Below, piece after piece: positions 40,778 through 50,281 of a stretch of 64,000 nt of DNA. Both the position numbers and the translations under genes were made by a program. The stretch is from Candidatus Kapaibacterium sp. (GTDB lineage: Bacteria; Bacteroidota; Ignavibacteria; Kapaibacteriales; UBA2268). A model generated the notes under the pieces. It saw nothing but the letters and a program-made list of their open reading frames with translations. It was not told where the DNA came from and did no database searches. Numbering within the stretch: position 1 is the stretch's first letter; every line of letters starts with the position of its first letter. The DNA is taken from assembly GCA_937927515.1 (NCBI GenBank), contig CALBDO010000005.1, positions 71,665 through 135,664 of the forward strand. The letters run 5' to 3'.

Positions 40778-43700
40778 ATGAGGCGATTTTCAACAATAAT
40801 CCTACTTTTGTTTGTTTTATTTCCTTATTTAGCTTTAACCCAAGGTATAACAACTTCATCGATAACGGGTAAAGTTTTTGATATTGATGGCAAAGCCTTG
40901 GCTGGAGCAACTGTGAAAGCTACTCATTTGCCTTCTGGAACAACTGCTGGTGTTGTTGTAAATGCAAAAGGAAACTTTGTTATCCCCGGGTTACGCCCCG
41001 GTGGCCCCTACAAAGTTGAGGTCTCTATGGTTGGATTTAAGCCAGAGACTAAGGATGATATTTTTCTTAGCGTTGGACAAGAATTCAACTTACGATTTGT
41101 TTTACAGCCTAAAGATATTATGACAAGAGAAATCCAAGTCGTAAGCGACAGAAATGACATTATCAGCTCAAATCGCACTGGTGCATCCCATACAGTGACA
41201 GAAGTCGAAATTTCATCCTTACCCACTATTGCTCGTTCTATACACGATTATTCCAGGCTTTCTCCTCTCGTCATCTCCTCTACGAGCGAGGGTTCGAACG
41301 TCGGTTCGCGTAACAGTAAATACAATAACATACAAGTTGATGGCGCAGCACTTGGCGACGCATTTGGTTTACCATCCTCTGGTACACCTGGGGGGCAAGC
41401 TGGAACCGAGCCCATCTCTCTTGATGCAATCGAGGAATTCCAAGTCGCAATTGCACCTTTCGACGTACGCCAGGGCATGTTCACTGGAGGTCTGATTAAT
41501 GCTATCACCAGAAGTGGAACCAACAAGTTCCGTGGTAGTATCTATTTCTACGGAAGAAATCAAAATTTTGTCGGTAAAAGCCCAGTTCCAGATGCTAACG
41601 GTATTCGTCAAAGTTATCCCGATTTTAGTGATTTCTTCATAGGTGGAAGAGTAGGTGGACCAATTATTGCAAATAAATTATTTTATTTCATCAATGTTGA
41701 AACTAAAAATAGAAGAGACCCACAAAGAGTTGGTCTTCTCGGCGACAAAGGTTATTCTTTCAATTTTAATGTTTCAAGAGATACTCTTGAAAAAATTAAA
41801 AACATTGCAATAAACAAATATGGTTACGACCCTGGTAATTATGATTTATACACAAGAAAGACAGAGGACGTCAAGCTATTTCTACGAGCCGATTATAATC
41901 TCGACCAAAACAACAGACTAACTCTTCGACATAATTTTATCAAGGCAAATCAAGGCAATGCTGTTACACGCTCTCAATTTGCATTTTCCTTCTCTGGCCA
42001 AGAGTATATTTTCAACTCGATGCAAAACCAAACAGTTTTGCAGTTAAACAGCATTATTGGTTCAAACATGGCAAATGAATTAAGGCTTGTCTACACTGCA
42101 ATCCGTGACCATAGAGACCCGGTTTCCAAACCATTCCCCTCTGTTGCCATTTACGATATTGGACCAAAAGGTGAAGATGTTTTTTTAGGTGTCGAAAGAT
42201 TTTCCCAAGCTAATGCTCTCGACCAAGATATAATAGAACTCACAGACAATTTCAACTACTTTCTTGGTAGCCACACGATTACAATTGGCACAAGTAACCA
42301 ACTTGTTTCTTTCGACAATTTATTTTTGCAAGACTATTACGGTACTTACTCATTTACATCTATTGCTGATTTCGAAGCTGGAAAACCTTCACAATATCAA
42401 TTAAGTTACTCATTATTGCCAGACAATCCAAAGCCAAGGGCTAAGTGGAGTTACTTACAATTAGGTTTCTATGCGCAAGATGAGTGGAAACTGCTCTCAA
42501 ATTTAAAAATTAATCTTGGGGTCCGTGCCGATTTATTTGCTTTTCCAGACAAGCCCGCCCAAAACGACTCGGTTACAAAAGTTTTTCCAAATCTTAGAAC
42601 CGATGAACTACCAACTTCGTTTGCTTTATCGCCTCGCCTTGGTTTCAACTGGGATGTTTTGGATGACAAGACACTTCAAGTGCGAGGTGGAATTGGAGTG
42701 TTCTCTGGAAAAACCCCGGGCGTGTGGATATCTAATCATTATTCTAACACTGGTACAGACATTGGTCGCATCGACGTACGTAATCCAAGAATTACTTTCG
42801 AACCCGACCCAAATAAACAGTATTTAAAAATCGACTCTCTTACTCCAATAAAAACAACAGAAATCAATATCACAGATAAAAATTTAAAGATGCCCCAGGT
42901 CCTTCGGTTCAACCTTGCAGTAGATAGAGAACTACCATTTGGTTTCATAGGTACCATCGAATTTCTCTATGGAAAGACCTTGTATGACATGTTGTACAAA
43001 AATTTAAATCGACAAATTCTCAAAGCTTCCAATGGTCGGGACTCGACCTTACCCGATGGTAGACCAGTTTACAGTCGTTCCGATGTTAGCCCATTGTTTA
43101 CTAATGTCATTCTAATGACAAACACTACCCAAGGATATCAAACAAGTGTTACTGTCCAAGTTCAAAAGCAGTTTGGCAAAGGAATTTTACCAGACTTGAG
43201 TTTCAACCTTGCTTATACTTGGAGCCGAGCTAAAGATGTGAACAGTCTTACTTCCAGCCGAGCTATTTCTAATTGGCAATTTAACCGTGCCATAGACCCC
43301 AATAATCCAGAGCTCGGTACATCTTTATTCGAAATTCCTCATCGTATTCTGGCGAACATTTCTTACAAGTTTAACTACGGAAATGGCTTCTCAACTTCCT
43401 TTGGTCTATTCTACGAGGGGCGTAGTGGTGCTCCATTCTCTCTAGCTTATTCTAATGATGCTAATGGCGATAGAACTCCCGACCGCAGAGCAACTAATGA
43501 CTTAGTTTATTTACCAATCTCTGACAACGACCCGAAGATGGTCTTAAGAGATAAAAATTGGAATGAATTAAATCAGTTTATCTCTTGGTTCCCCGAGCTC
43601 GAAGACCAAAGAGGTAAAATTGTTGAGAGAAATTCTTTAAGACAGCCATGGTACAACCAGTTGGACTTGCGAATAACCCAGGAGTTTCCAACTCTTCGTG

Positions 43701-44005
43701 GCCAATCTTTGCAAGTTTATGTCGATATTCTAAATGTTTTAAACCTGTTGAATTCAGATTGGGGCCATTTGAAGTTTGTTAGCAGTGCAGTTTATGATAG
43801 GGCATTCACTTACAATGGCATTGTAACCCAGGAGTTAATTGATAATCCACAAAATGGATTTACCCAAGCAGATTTGGGTAAAATGATTGTAAAATTTTCT
43901 ATTCCCAAAGATGCACAAGGAAAGCCCAGCAAGGATGCTATGTTTAGTACATCCGATTTTATCTCTCGATGGCAAATACAATTAGGAATTCGTTATTCAT
44001 TCTAA
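40778..44005 (+). CDS. TonB-dependent outer-membrane receptor with an N-terminal carboxypeptidase-regulatory-like domain
   Basis: Signal peptide from the ATG at 40778. CarbopepD_reg segment (ITGKVFDIDGKALAGATVKA...GGPYKVEVSMVGF), then plug and 22-strand barrel, ending in terminal aromatic ...GIRYSF. No SusD-like gene follows. Confidence 0.85.
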   Translation: MRRFSTIILLLFVLFPYLALTQGITTSSITGKVFDIDGKALAGATVKATHLPSGTTAGVVVNAKGNFVIPGLRPGGPYKVEVSMVGFKPETKDDIFLSVGQEFNLRFVLQPKDIMTREIQVVSDRNDIISSNRTGASHTVTEVEISSLPTIARSIHDYSRLSPLVISSTSEGSNVGSRNSKYNNIQVDGAALGDAFGLPSSGTPGGQAGTEPISLDAIEEFQVAIAPFDVRQGMFTGGLINAITRSGTNKFRGSIYFYGRNQNFVGKSPVPDANGIRQSYPDFSDFFIGGRVGGPIIANKLFYFINVETKNRRDPQRVGLLGDKGYSFNFNVSRDTLEKIKNIAINKYGYDPGNYDLYTRKTEDVKLFLRADYNLDQNNRLTLRHNFIKANQGNAVTRSQFAFSFSGQEYIFNSMQNQTVLQLNSIIGSNMANELRLVYTAIRDHRDPVSKPFPSVAIYDIGPKGEDVFLGVERFSQANALDQDIIELTDNFNYFLGSHTITIGTSNQLVSFDNLFLQDYYGTYSFTSIADFEAGKPSQYQLSYSLLPDNPKPRAKWSYLQLGFYAQDEWKLLSNLKINLGVRADLFAFPDKPAQNDSVTKVFPNLRTDELPTSFALSPRLGFNWDVLDDKTLQVRGGIGVFSGKTPGVWISNHYSNTGTDIGRIDVRNPRITFEPDPNKQYLKIDSLTPIKTTEINITDKNLKMPQVLRFNLAVDRELPFGFIGTIEFLYGKTLYDMLYKNLNRQILKASNGRDSTLPDGRPVYSRSDVSPLFTNVILMTNTTQGYQTSVTVQVQKQFGKGILPDLSFNLAYTWSRAKDVNSLTSSRAISNWQFNRAIDPNNPELGTSLFEIPHRILANISYKFNYGNGFSTSFGLFYEGRSGAPFSLAYSNDANGDRTPDRRATNDLVYLPISDNDPKMVLRDKNWNELNQFISWFPELEDQRGKIVERNSLRQPWYNQLDLRITQEFPTLRGQSLQVYVDILNVLNLLNSDWGHLKFVSSAVYDRAFTYNGIVTQELIDNPQNGFTQADLGKMIVKFSIPKDAQGKPSKDAMFSTSDFISRWQIQLGIRYSF

Positions 44006-44031
44006 GGGCTGGTTTCATTTTAAACTTAACA

Positions 44032-44066
44032 AAGGACAAGGAGCGTTTTGCTCCTTGTTCTTTTTT
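44032..44066 (+). terminator. Rho-independent terminator
   Basis: aggacaaggagc-gtttt-gctccttgt hairpin followed by TTTTTT. Confidence 0.7.
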
Positions 44067-44099
44067 GGAAATTTTTTATTAATTTTGTAATTGTTTTCT

Positions 44100-44172
44100 G
44101 GCTAGGTAGCTCAGTTGGTAGAGCAGTGGACTGAAAATCCATGTGTCGGCGGTTCGATTCCGTCCCTAGCCA
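44100..44172 (+). tRNA. tRNA-Phe (anticodon GAA)
   Basis: GGCTAGGTAGCTCAGTTGGTAGAGCAGTGGACTGAAAATCCATGTGTCGGCGGTTCGATTCCGTCCCTAGCCA is a canonical cloverleaf. The anticodon loop CTGAAAA holds anticodon GAA. Confidence 0.85.
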
Positions 44173-44299
44173 CAAAAATGATAACACATCGTACGACAAT
44201 TCATTTAAAATTTTAAACTAATTACTGTTTGTAAATTGATTTAAATGTTAATTTTGCTTAATTTAAAGTTATTATTATGGGAAAATTTTTGAGAAATAA

Positions 44300-45427
44300 A
44301 TGGAAAGTATATATAATGCTGAAAATTCCGGGAGTGGGGAAAAATCTCCGCAAACCCCCAAAAAACGTAACCCTTACTACTATGAAATTCTGAAGCAGAA
44401 ACCCCCGGCACAACGAGGTGTAGAATCCCGCTTCTACAACATTGACATTATCGGCGAATTTGATGTTGGAGAAATTAAATATAATGGTGAAAAAAAGAGC
44501 GATGTTTCGGACTTGGTTGAAGTTATGTTTAAAGCCAAAAGAAAGAAAATATATAAAAATCCCAAGAAGTTATCATTTTTCAATTATGAGTATGTCATTG
44601 TAGAAGTTGATAATGGGTTTGATATAGCAACTGTTATTTCATTTGGAAGAGAAGCCGAGGATAAATGGAAAAAAATTTATAAGAAGGAGGATGTTCAGTT
44701 TTCCATAGTTCGTTTCGCCACAGAAAAAGATATGCAAATCTTTGAAAAAAACAGACAAGAAGAACCACTTGTAGTTGAAACAACTAAAGAGCTTGCAAAA
44801 AAATACAAACTTGAAATCAAAGTTACCGAAGCTGAATGGCAACTCGACCGACAACGGCTAACTATCTATTTCAGTGCACCTCAGAGAGTAGATTTTCGTG
44901 AACTCGTAAAAGACTTGGCTAAGATCTATAAAACCAGAATAGAGCTTCGTCAAATCAGTACTCGTGAGGAGGCTCGTAGAATTGGTGGGATGGGTCCCTG
45001 TGGATTTACTCTTTGTTGTTCGACTTTTTCTTGTCAGAGTTGCCACGTAACATTGGAACATGCCCGTATTCAACGGCTTGCAAATAACGTTGCAAAGTTG
45101 AGTGGTTACTGTGGACGGTTGAAATGCTGTATATTGTATGAGCACGATGTCTACCTCGAAGAATATAAAAACTATCCACCTATGTTTTCTGTTGTTGAAT
45201 TACCAGATGGAATTGCTCGAATCCACAAAATTGATGTATTTTCTCATAAAGTGCATCTTCTTTTGGAAAACACTGGCTACATTAAAATCGTCCCAAAAAG
45301 TGAGATTGATAAATTGCTAGCTCAAGGGAAAGTTCGACCTCCAGATAAGGTTGTTGAAGAACAACTGTATGACGACGATAGGAACTTAACTCCAGAAGAC
45401 ATTTCGCTGCTCGAGAACGATATATAA
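44300..45427 (+). CDS. PSP1 C-terminal domain protein (RicT/YaaT-like) with a Lys-rich N-terminal extension
   Basis: Conserved PSP1 core (...TREEARRIGGMGPCGFTLCCSTFSC...GRLKCCILYE...) with its cysteine cluster. Confidence 0.7.
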   Translation: MESIYNAENSGSGEKSPQTPKKRNPYYYEILKQKPPAQRGVESRFYNIDIIGEFDVGEIKYNGEKKSDVSDLVEVMFKAKRKKIYKNPKKLSFFNYEYVIVEVDNGFDIATVISFGREAEDKWKKIYKKEDVQFSIVRFATEKDMQIFEKNRQEEPLVVETTKELAKKYKLEIKVTEAEWQLDRQRLTIYFSAPQRVDFRELVKDLAKIYKTRIELRQISTREEARRIGGMGPCGFTLCCSTFSCQSCHVTLEHARIQRLANNVAKLSGYCGRLKCCILYEHDVYLEEYKNYPPMFSVVELPDGIARIHKIDVFSHKVHLLLENTGYIKIVPKSEIDKLLAQGKVRPPDKVVEEQLYDDDRNLTPEDISLLENDI

Positions 45428-45435
45428 TTTGATAC

Positions 45436-45894
45436 ATGGCTTTAATATTTTTGGACAAGCGAGAAGTTTGCAATTATCTACGCTATCACGAAAGTGGTAG
45501 ACAATACATATTTTTTTCAACTTTCCCAATACACAAAAGGTTTCTACTTAAAAAATTTTCAATTTTTTTATTATGTTTTGGTTTTATTTGTTTTGTTATT
45601 TCTTTGGTTTTTCAATATTGGGTAAATGCTTTGGTGTATCCACAAAGTTTGAGTGGCAAACCGTATTTTAGTTTGCTTACTGCTATTCCATTTTCTTTCG
45701 AATGTACATTGGCTCTTGTAGGAGTGGTGCTTTTTTTAAGATTTGTCTTGGTATGCTTTACGAGAAATCAAAGCCTGCCAAGCGAGGTTAAACAAAATTT
45801 GCATAAACTTGATGAAAATTGTGTTATGATTTATTCTCAAGCCAATTTCATCAATAATGTTAATGAACCAGTTGTGAACCAAAATACACAATAA
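45436..45894 (+). CDS. Small two-TM membrane protein, DUF3341 / ACIII ActD-like (tentative)
   Basis: Two TM helices. The motifs FSTFPIH and SGKPYFSL..IPFSFECTL resemble my recollection of the ActD/DUF3341 pattern FSPFPVH...GGKPHFSL..IPITFELTVL. Confidence 0.45.
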   Translation: MALIFLDKREVCNYLRYHESGRQYIFFSTFPIHKRFLLKKFSIFLLCFGFICFVISLVFQYWVNALVYPQSLSGKPYFSLLTAIPFSFECTLALVGVVLFLRFVLVCFTRNQSLPSEVKQNLHKLDENCVMIYSQANFINNVNEPVVNQNTQ

Positions 45895-45897
45895 TTT

Positions 45898-46491
45898 ATG
45901 TTTAATAGGATTGTTTTAAATGTGTTGCTTGCTCTCTCACTTATGTTATTTTTAATTTTGCTTGGTTTAAACTTTGGCTTAATTAGTATAAAGAAAGATT
46001 ATTTATTACAGGTCATCTCCGATATGGATAATCAAAAAACCCCAAGCTTGGATTACTTTGCTAATATAAGTAGCATAAATTTAAATTTATTGCCTCTTGA
46101 AGAGAATTTCCCGACCAGAAAATTATTTTATGAATATGCACCCCATGAGTATTCTATACCCTCAAAGATTTACATAAATCAACTTGGTGATGATGTTTTT
46201 GTTTTAGAACGAGGAAGAATGCTTTTTGGTAGATTTTGTGTTCCTTGTCACAACACAGATGGTAAAGGAAATGGTCCGATTATCACTGATGTTGTTTTGG
46301 CCGAAGACGAAGAAGGTTTCCCGCCTCCGAAGGATTTAACTAGCGAAAATACAAGGAAATTGACCGATGGTCGTTTATTTCATATATTGTCAGCGGGACA
46401 GAATCTAATGTTCTCTTTTCACGACAAAATGAACGATTTTGACAAGTGGTGTGTAATAAGTTACATAAGAAAATTACAATCAAAGAAATAA
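45898..46491 (+). CDS. Membrane-anchored monoheme c-type cytochrome (class I, ActE-like)
   Basis: N-terminal TM anchor, CVPCH heme-binding motif, then the class I pattern G.G......P.L........DG.LFHI..AG...M. Confidence 0.8.
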   Translation: MFNRIVLNVLLALSLMLFLILLGLNFGLISIKKDYLLQVISDMDNQKTPSLDYFANISSINLNLLPLEENFPTRKLFYEYAPHEYSIPSKIYINQLGDDVFVLERGRMLFGRFCVPCHNTDGKGNGPIITDVVLAEDEEGFPPPKDLTSENTRKLTDGRLFHILSAGQNLMFSFHDKMNDFDKWCVISYIRKLQSKK

Positions 46492-46503
46492 ATTGGAGGT
46501 TTT

Positions 46504-49500
46504 ATGAGAAAGTATGTTTGTTTATTAGCAATCTCTATTTGTACGCACTTTTTTTCATTTTCTCAACCCAATCCTAATTACCTCTTCTTTTTTAATGGAA
46601 ATGACATCACTTCTGTCGTGCCTGTATTCGGTAGTTCTACTTACTTAATTGGTTCTCGGTTTAGTGGTTTAGGTATTTTCCACTTGGATTCTATGAAATA
46701 CTTAGGTTTAATTCAAAAAATATCAGCTCCAATTCCAAGTCACAATATCTTAGCTTTGAGAAAATTTTCGAATGATGTAGTTTGGATTTGCACCGACAAA
46801 GGTTTGGTACAAGTCCGCAGCAACCAATATACTATATTCGATTCTCGGAATTCTCCTCTTCCCTCCGATATTGTAAACGACATTTACATTGATGCACTGG
46901 GTATTTGGTGGATTGCTACGGACCGTGGTCTTGTCTCTAAAAACGATACAGTCTGGACAGTGTATACTCCAAGTAACTCTGGCATACCATCCGAGAAGGT
47001 CTTCCACGTAAATGTTGACCCTGTGGGTAATGTCTGGGTGGCTACCCCCTTTGGTTTGGGAATGTATGATAGGTCGGATTGGTATGTTTTCAACACTTCA
47101 AACTCTGGTTTGCCGGACAATTTCATAACATTCATTGAATTCGATAATTTTAACAATTCTAAATGGATAGGTACCCTTCAAGGTGGATTGGTTCATTGGG
47201 TAGGAAATAACTTTTTCGTTTACGACACTAGCAATTCTGCTCTTCCAAGTAATTTGGTTACTTGCTTTGCTTTCGATACTGCGCACAACAAGTGGGTCGG
47301 CACATCCGAAGGTTTGGTTTATATCTCTCCTTCTGGCTGGCAAGTCTTTAATACCAGCAACTCTGGATTATCAGACGATTTCATTAATTTTATCCATGTC
47401 GATGCCCTTAATCGGAAGATGATTTGCACAAGAAATAAGTTAACTGTTATTCACGACACAAATTTTGTGATAATAAGTTTTGAAAATTCCAAACTTCCAA
47501 GTAATTATATACAAAAAGTGGTGGAAGGTATCGACCTTGTAAAGTGGATTGCAACTCCCGATGAGTTAGTTTCTTATGATGGCGATAATTGGACTGTTTA
47601 TAATTCTTTGAACTCCCCCATAACACACCAAATCAATGATATAGCGATTGATAGTGATAACAATTTGTGGGTTGCTACCGACTCGGGATTGTTTGTCCGA
47701 AGATTTAAAACCAATGATTGGCTTTCGTATTACTACGACACCTTAGGTTTGATAAGTAGCAGAGTAACCAAAGTGCTTCCCACCACTCTTGGGGTTTGGA
47801 TTGGCACCGATTCTGGGTTAGTGCTTTATAATGGTGGCAACTGGATAAGATACGACACCACGTACGGTGCTAAATTTAATGGTATTATTACTTCTTTGAG
47901 TTCAAAGATGGTTGAAGACAGTATTGGTACTTATGAAAGGATTTATGTTGGGCTTGGCTACGAAGGTATTGCAATATTTGAAAGAGATACAGTAAGATTT
48001 ATTGACGATACCAATTCGCCATTTTCTTTGATTTACATTACTGATGTCAAAGAAGATATCTCGGGTAAGTTGTTTGTAGGCTCTTTGGACCAAGGACTCT
48101 ATACTTACGATTCTCTTTGGTTGGTGCATAACCCTCTTACTGGCAGTTTTCCCGGCTTTTCCGTGAAAAGCATTACTTTCGACAGGTTCAATAGACCTTG
48201 GGTAACGACTTTGGCTGGTGGAATTTGGACCCAAATTAACGACACAACATCCATTGTCATTACAGAGGATGGATATCCATTTTATACTAATGAATTCAAC
48301 GATGTGTTTGTAGATTTATCGAACAACAAATGGATTTCAACTTCATATGGTCTGTATGTTTTTAATGAAGACACTATCAAACCAGAATTAAAATTAAAGC
48401 CTTACGATTTTGAAGTTTGCCAAGATAATATTTTCACATTGAGTTTTTATTCTTTCTTTTTGTTTAGAGAGGGGAATAGTTTTTTGGTAAAACTAAGTGA
48501 TACCACAGGTAGATTTGATACAACAATTATTATTGGTTCGATACAATCGAGGAGCAGTCGACCGATTAGATGCTATATACCCAAAATCACCTCTCCCAGC
48601 ACCAAATACAAACTTCAAATAGTTTCTACAAATCCACCACTGATTTCACATCCATCTGGTATGATGGAGCGCTTAGTGGTTCGTCCACTTCCTGTTCCTA
48701 AAATAAGTGGTGATTCTGTGATTTGCTCATCCGAAATAGCCAAATTATGGGCAATTCGCCAAGGAGTTGGTTCGGACCTTTGGACTTTCGTTTGGAGAGT
48801 TGATGGGGGAGAATTGCTATCGCCCCCAACTAATGATACAATTTTGGTGAGATTTCAAGGCGTATCCTATGGTACAGTAGTTTTAAATGTTTACAATTCC
48901 TATGGTTGTGTCGATTCAACATCTGCAAAAGTATGGTTGTCCAATCCTCCTGGGAAAATCCTTTATGGTCAGAACCGAGCTTGTGCTGGCGATGCGTTCA
49001 TTTATTCCACAACTGATACATCTAACATAAGAAACATCTGGACCGTTGTTAATGGTACTTTGGTGAAAAAGCTTGCAAATAACGTCGTTATTGTTCGTTG
49101 GGATAATTCAGGAACTGGTTATGTTAAACTCAAAAGAGTAAATCTTCTGGGTTGTGCTGATTCTATAAGTTTGAAAGTTGATATCTTTCCGACACCTACG
49201 GCAGAATTTGCTGGCAAATCGGAGGTTATGGTCGAGGAAATAGCGTATTACATAGCTAAAAGAAAAGAATCGAGCACTGCTAACAAGTGGAGTGTCGTGA
49301 ATGGAATTATTGTCGGGCCTAGCGATGGCGACACTCTTGTAGTAGGTTGGCCAAATGGTGGTTTTGGTAAAGTGAAACTATTACAGCGTACTCCATCTGG
49401 TTGCTCGGATTCGTCTGAAAAAATTGTAAGAGTTTTTGAACACTCTAAACTTGCTGGCGACACTTTGGTTTGTGAAAACTCCGAAACATACTACGAAGCC

Positions 49501-50151
49501 ATCTCTAACCTCGGAGCGAATAACCAATGGTATGTTACTAATGGTACAATTACATCCAATCCACAAAATCGTAGAGTTTGGGTTCGTTGGGGTGCTCCTG
49601 GAACTGGTCGTGTGAAACTAGTTCAAACGGTTCCAAATACTTTCTTCAAAGACTCTTTTGATGTTGTCGTAAAAATCGCTGCTGTTCCATCCAAACCCTT
49701 TATTGTCGATAGTGGTGGATATTTATATTCTAGTTCTCCATTTGGCAATCAATGGTATTGGAATGGACAAATGCTTTATGGTGATACCAATAGAACAATT
49801 GTTCCGCTACGTACAGGCTATTACACTGTTAAAGTTAAATCTGCTCCAAATTGCGAAAGTGAGTTTTCAGACCCATTCTACTTTGTCAGTGGTGTGGATG
49901 ATGAAGCAAGCGGTGTTGTTATTTACCCAAATCCATCATCTGGAGTAGTATTCGTTACCTTGTCCGAGGATATCGTATGTGATAACATCATTGTGAAGGA
50001 CCTCCTCGGAGTCGAACTACTTAGACAAAGCTTTGCAGAAATTTCCCAGAATAAATATTTAGACCTATCGAATTTAAGTACTGGAACGTATTTAATCACA
50101 ATGAGGATAGGAAACAAAGAAATTACAAAAAGAGTCGTTCTTATTAAGTAA
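46504..50151 (+). CDS. Large T9SS-secreted protein with two-component-regulator-propeller (Reg_prop) repeats, four tandem ~85-aa Cys-containing domains, and a type-A CTD
   Basis: GGAGG RBS and a signal peptide. There are at least eight Reg_prop-like repeats (W[IV][AG]T..GL......W.V[FY][NT].SNS.LP.). Residues ~740-1080 contain four repeats of the pattern G..V/AC.......Y....W.V.NG......D.L.V.W...G.G.VKL....GC.DS. The C-terminus is VVIYPNPSSGVVFVTL...GTYLITMRIGNKEITKRVVLIK. Confidence 0.85.
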   Translation: MRKYVCLLAISICTHFFSFSQPNPNYLFFFNGNDITSVVPVFGSSTYLIGSRFSGLGIFHLDSMKYLGLIQKISAPIPSHNILALRKFSNDVVWICTDKGLVQVRSNQYTIFDSRNSPLPSDIVNDIYIDALGIWWIATDRGLVSKNDTVWTVYTPSNSGIPSEKVFHVNVDPVGNVWVATPFGLGMYDRSDWYVFNTSNSGLPDNFITFIEFDNFNNSKWIGTLQGGLVHWVGNNFFVYDTSNSALPSNLVTCFAFDTAHNKWVGTSEGLVYISPSGWQVFNTSNSGLSDDFINFIHVDALNRKMICTRNKLTVIHDTNFVIISFENSKLPSNYIQKVVEGIDLVKWIATPDELVSYDGDNWTVYNSLNSPITHQINDIAIDSDNNLWVATDSGLFVRRFKTNDWLSYYYDTLGLISSRVTKVLPTTLGVWIGTDSGLVLYNGGNWIRYDTTYGAKFNGIITSLSSKMVEDSIGTYERIYVGLGYEGIAIFERDTVRFIDDTNSPFSLIYITDVKEDISGKLFVGSLDQGLYTYDSLWLVHNPLTGSFPGFSVKSITFDRFNRPWVTTLAGGIWTQINDTTSIVITEDGYPFYTNEFNDVFVDLSNNKWISTSYGLYVFNEDTIKPELKLKPYDFEVCQDNIFTLSFYSFFLFREGNSFLVKLSDTTGRFDTTIIIGSIQSRSSRPIRCYIPKITSPSTKYKLQIVSTNPPLISHPSGMMERLVVRPLPVPKISGDSVICSSEIAKLWAIRQGVGSDLWTFVWRVDGGELLSPPTNDTILVRFQGVSYGTVVLNVYNSYGCVDSTSAKVWLSNPPGKILYGQNRACAGDAFIYSTTDTSNIRNIWTVVNGTLVKKLANNVVIVRWDNSGTGYVKLKRVNLLGCADSISLKVDIFPTPTAEFAGKSEVMVEEIAYYIAKRKESSTANKWSVVNGIIVGPSDGDTLVVGWPNGGFGKVKLLQRTPSGCSDSSEKIVRVFEHSKLAGDTLVCENSETYYEAISNLGANNQWYVTNGTITSNPQNRRVWVRWGAPGTGRVKLVQTVPNTFFKDSFDVVVKIAAVPSKPFIVDSGGYLYSSSPFGNQWYWNGQMLYGDTNRTIVPLRTGYYTVKVKSAPNCESEFSDPFYFVSGVDDEASGVVIYPNPSSGVVFVTLSEDIVCDNIIVKDLLGVELLRQSFAEISQNKYLDLSNLSTGTYLITMRIGNKEITKRVVLIK

Positions 50152-50187
50152 GTTTATTTTAGTTGAATTTGTTAATTTTGTGTTAGA

Positions 50188-50276
50188 GGAGAGTTGCCGG
50201 AGTGGTTGAACGGGGCGGTCTCGAAAACCGTTGTCCCGATGACTCGGGACCGGGGGTTCGAATCCCTCACTCTCCG
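50188..50276 (+). tRNA. tRNA-Ser (anticodon CGA), long variable arm
   Basis: GGAGAGTTGCCGGAGTGGTTGAACGGGGCGGTCTCGAAAACCGTTGTCCCGATGACTCGGGACCGGGGGTTCGAATCCCTCACTCTCCG, with anticodon loop CTCGAAA. Confidence 0.8.
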
Positions 50277-50281
50277 CTTAA

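Noticed and set aside
45436-46491. Calling a complete alternative complex III (act) locus
   Set aside because: Only ActD-like and ActE-like genes are present. The pentaheme ActA, the Mo-bisPGD-like ActB and the NrfD-like ActC are absent from the window.
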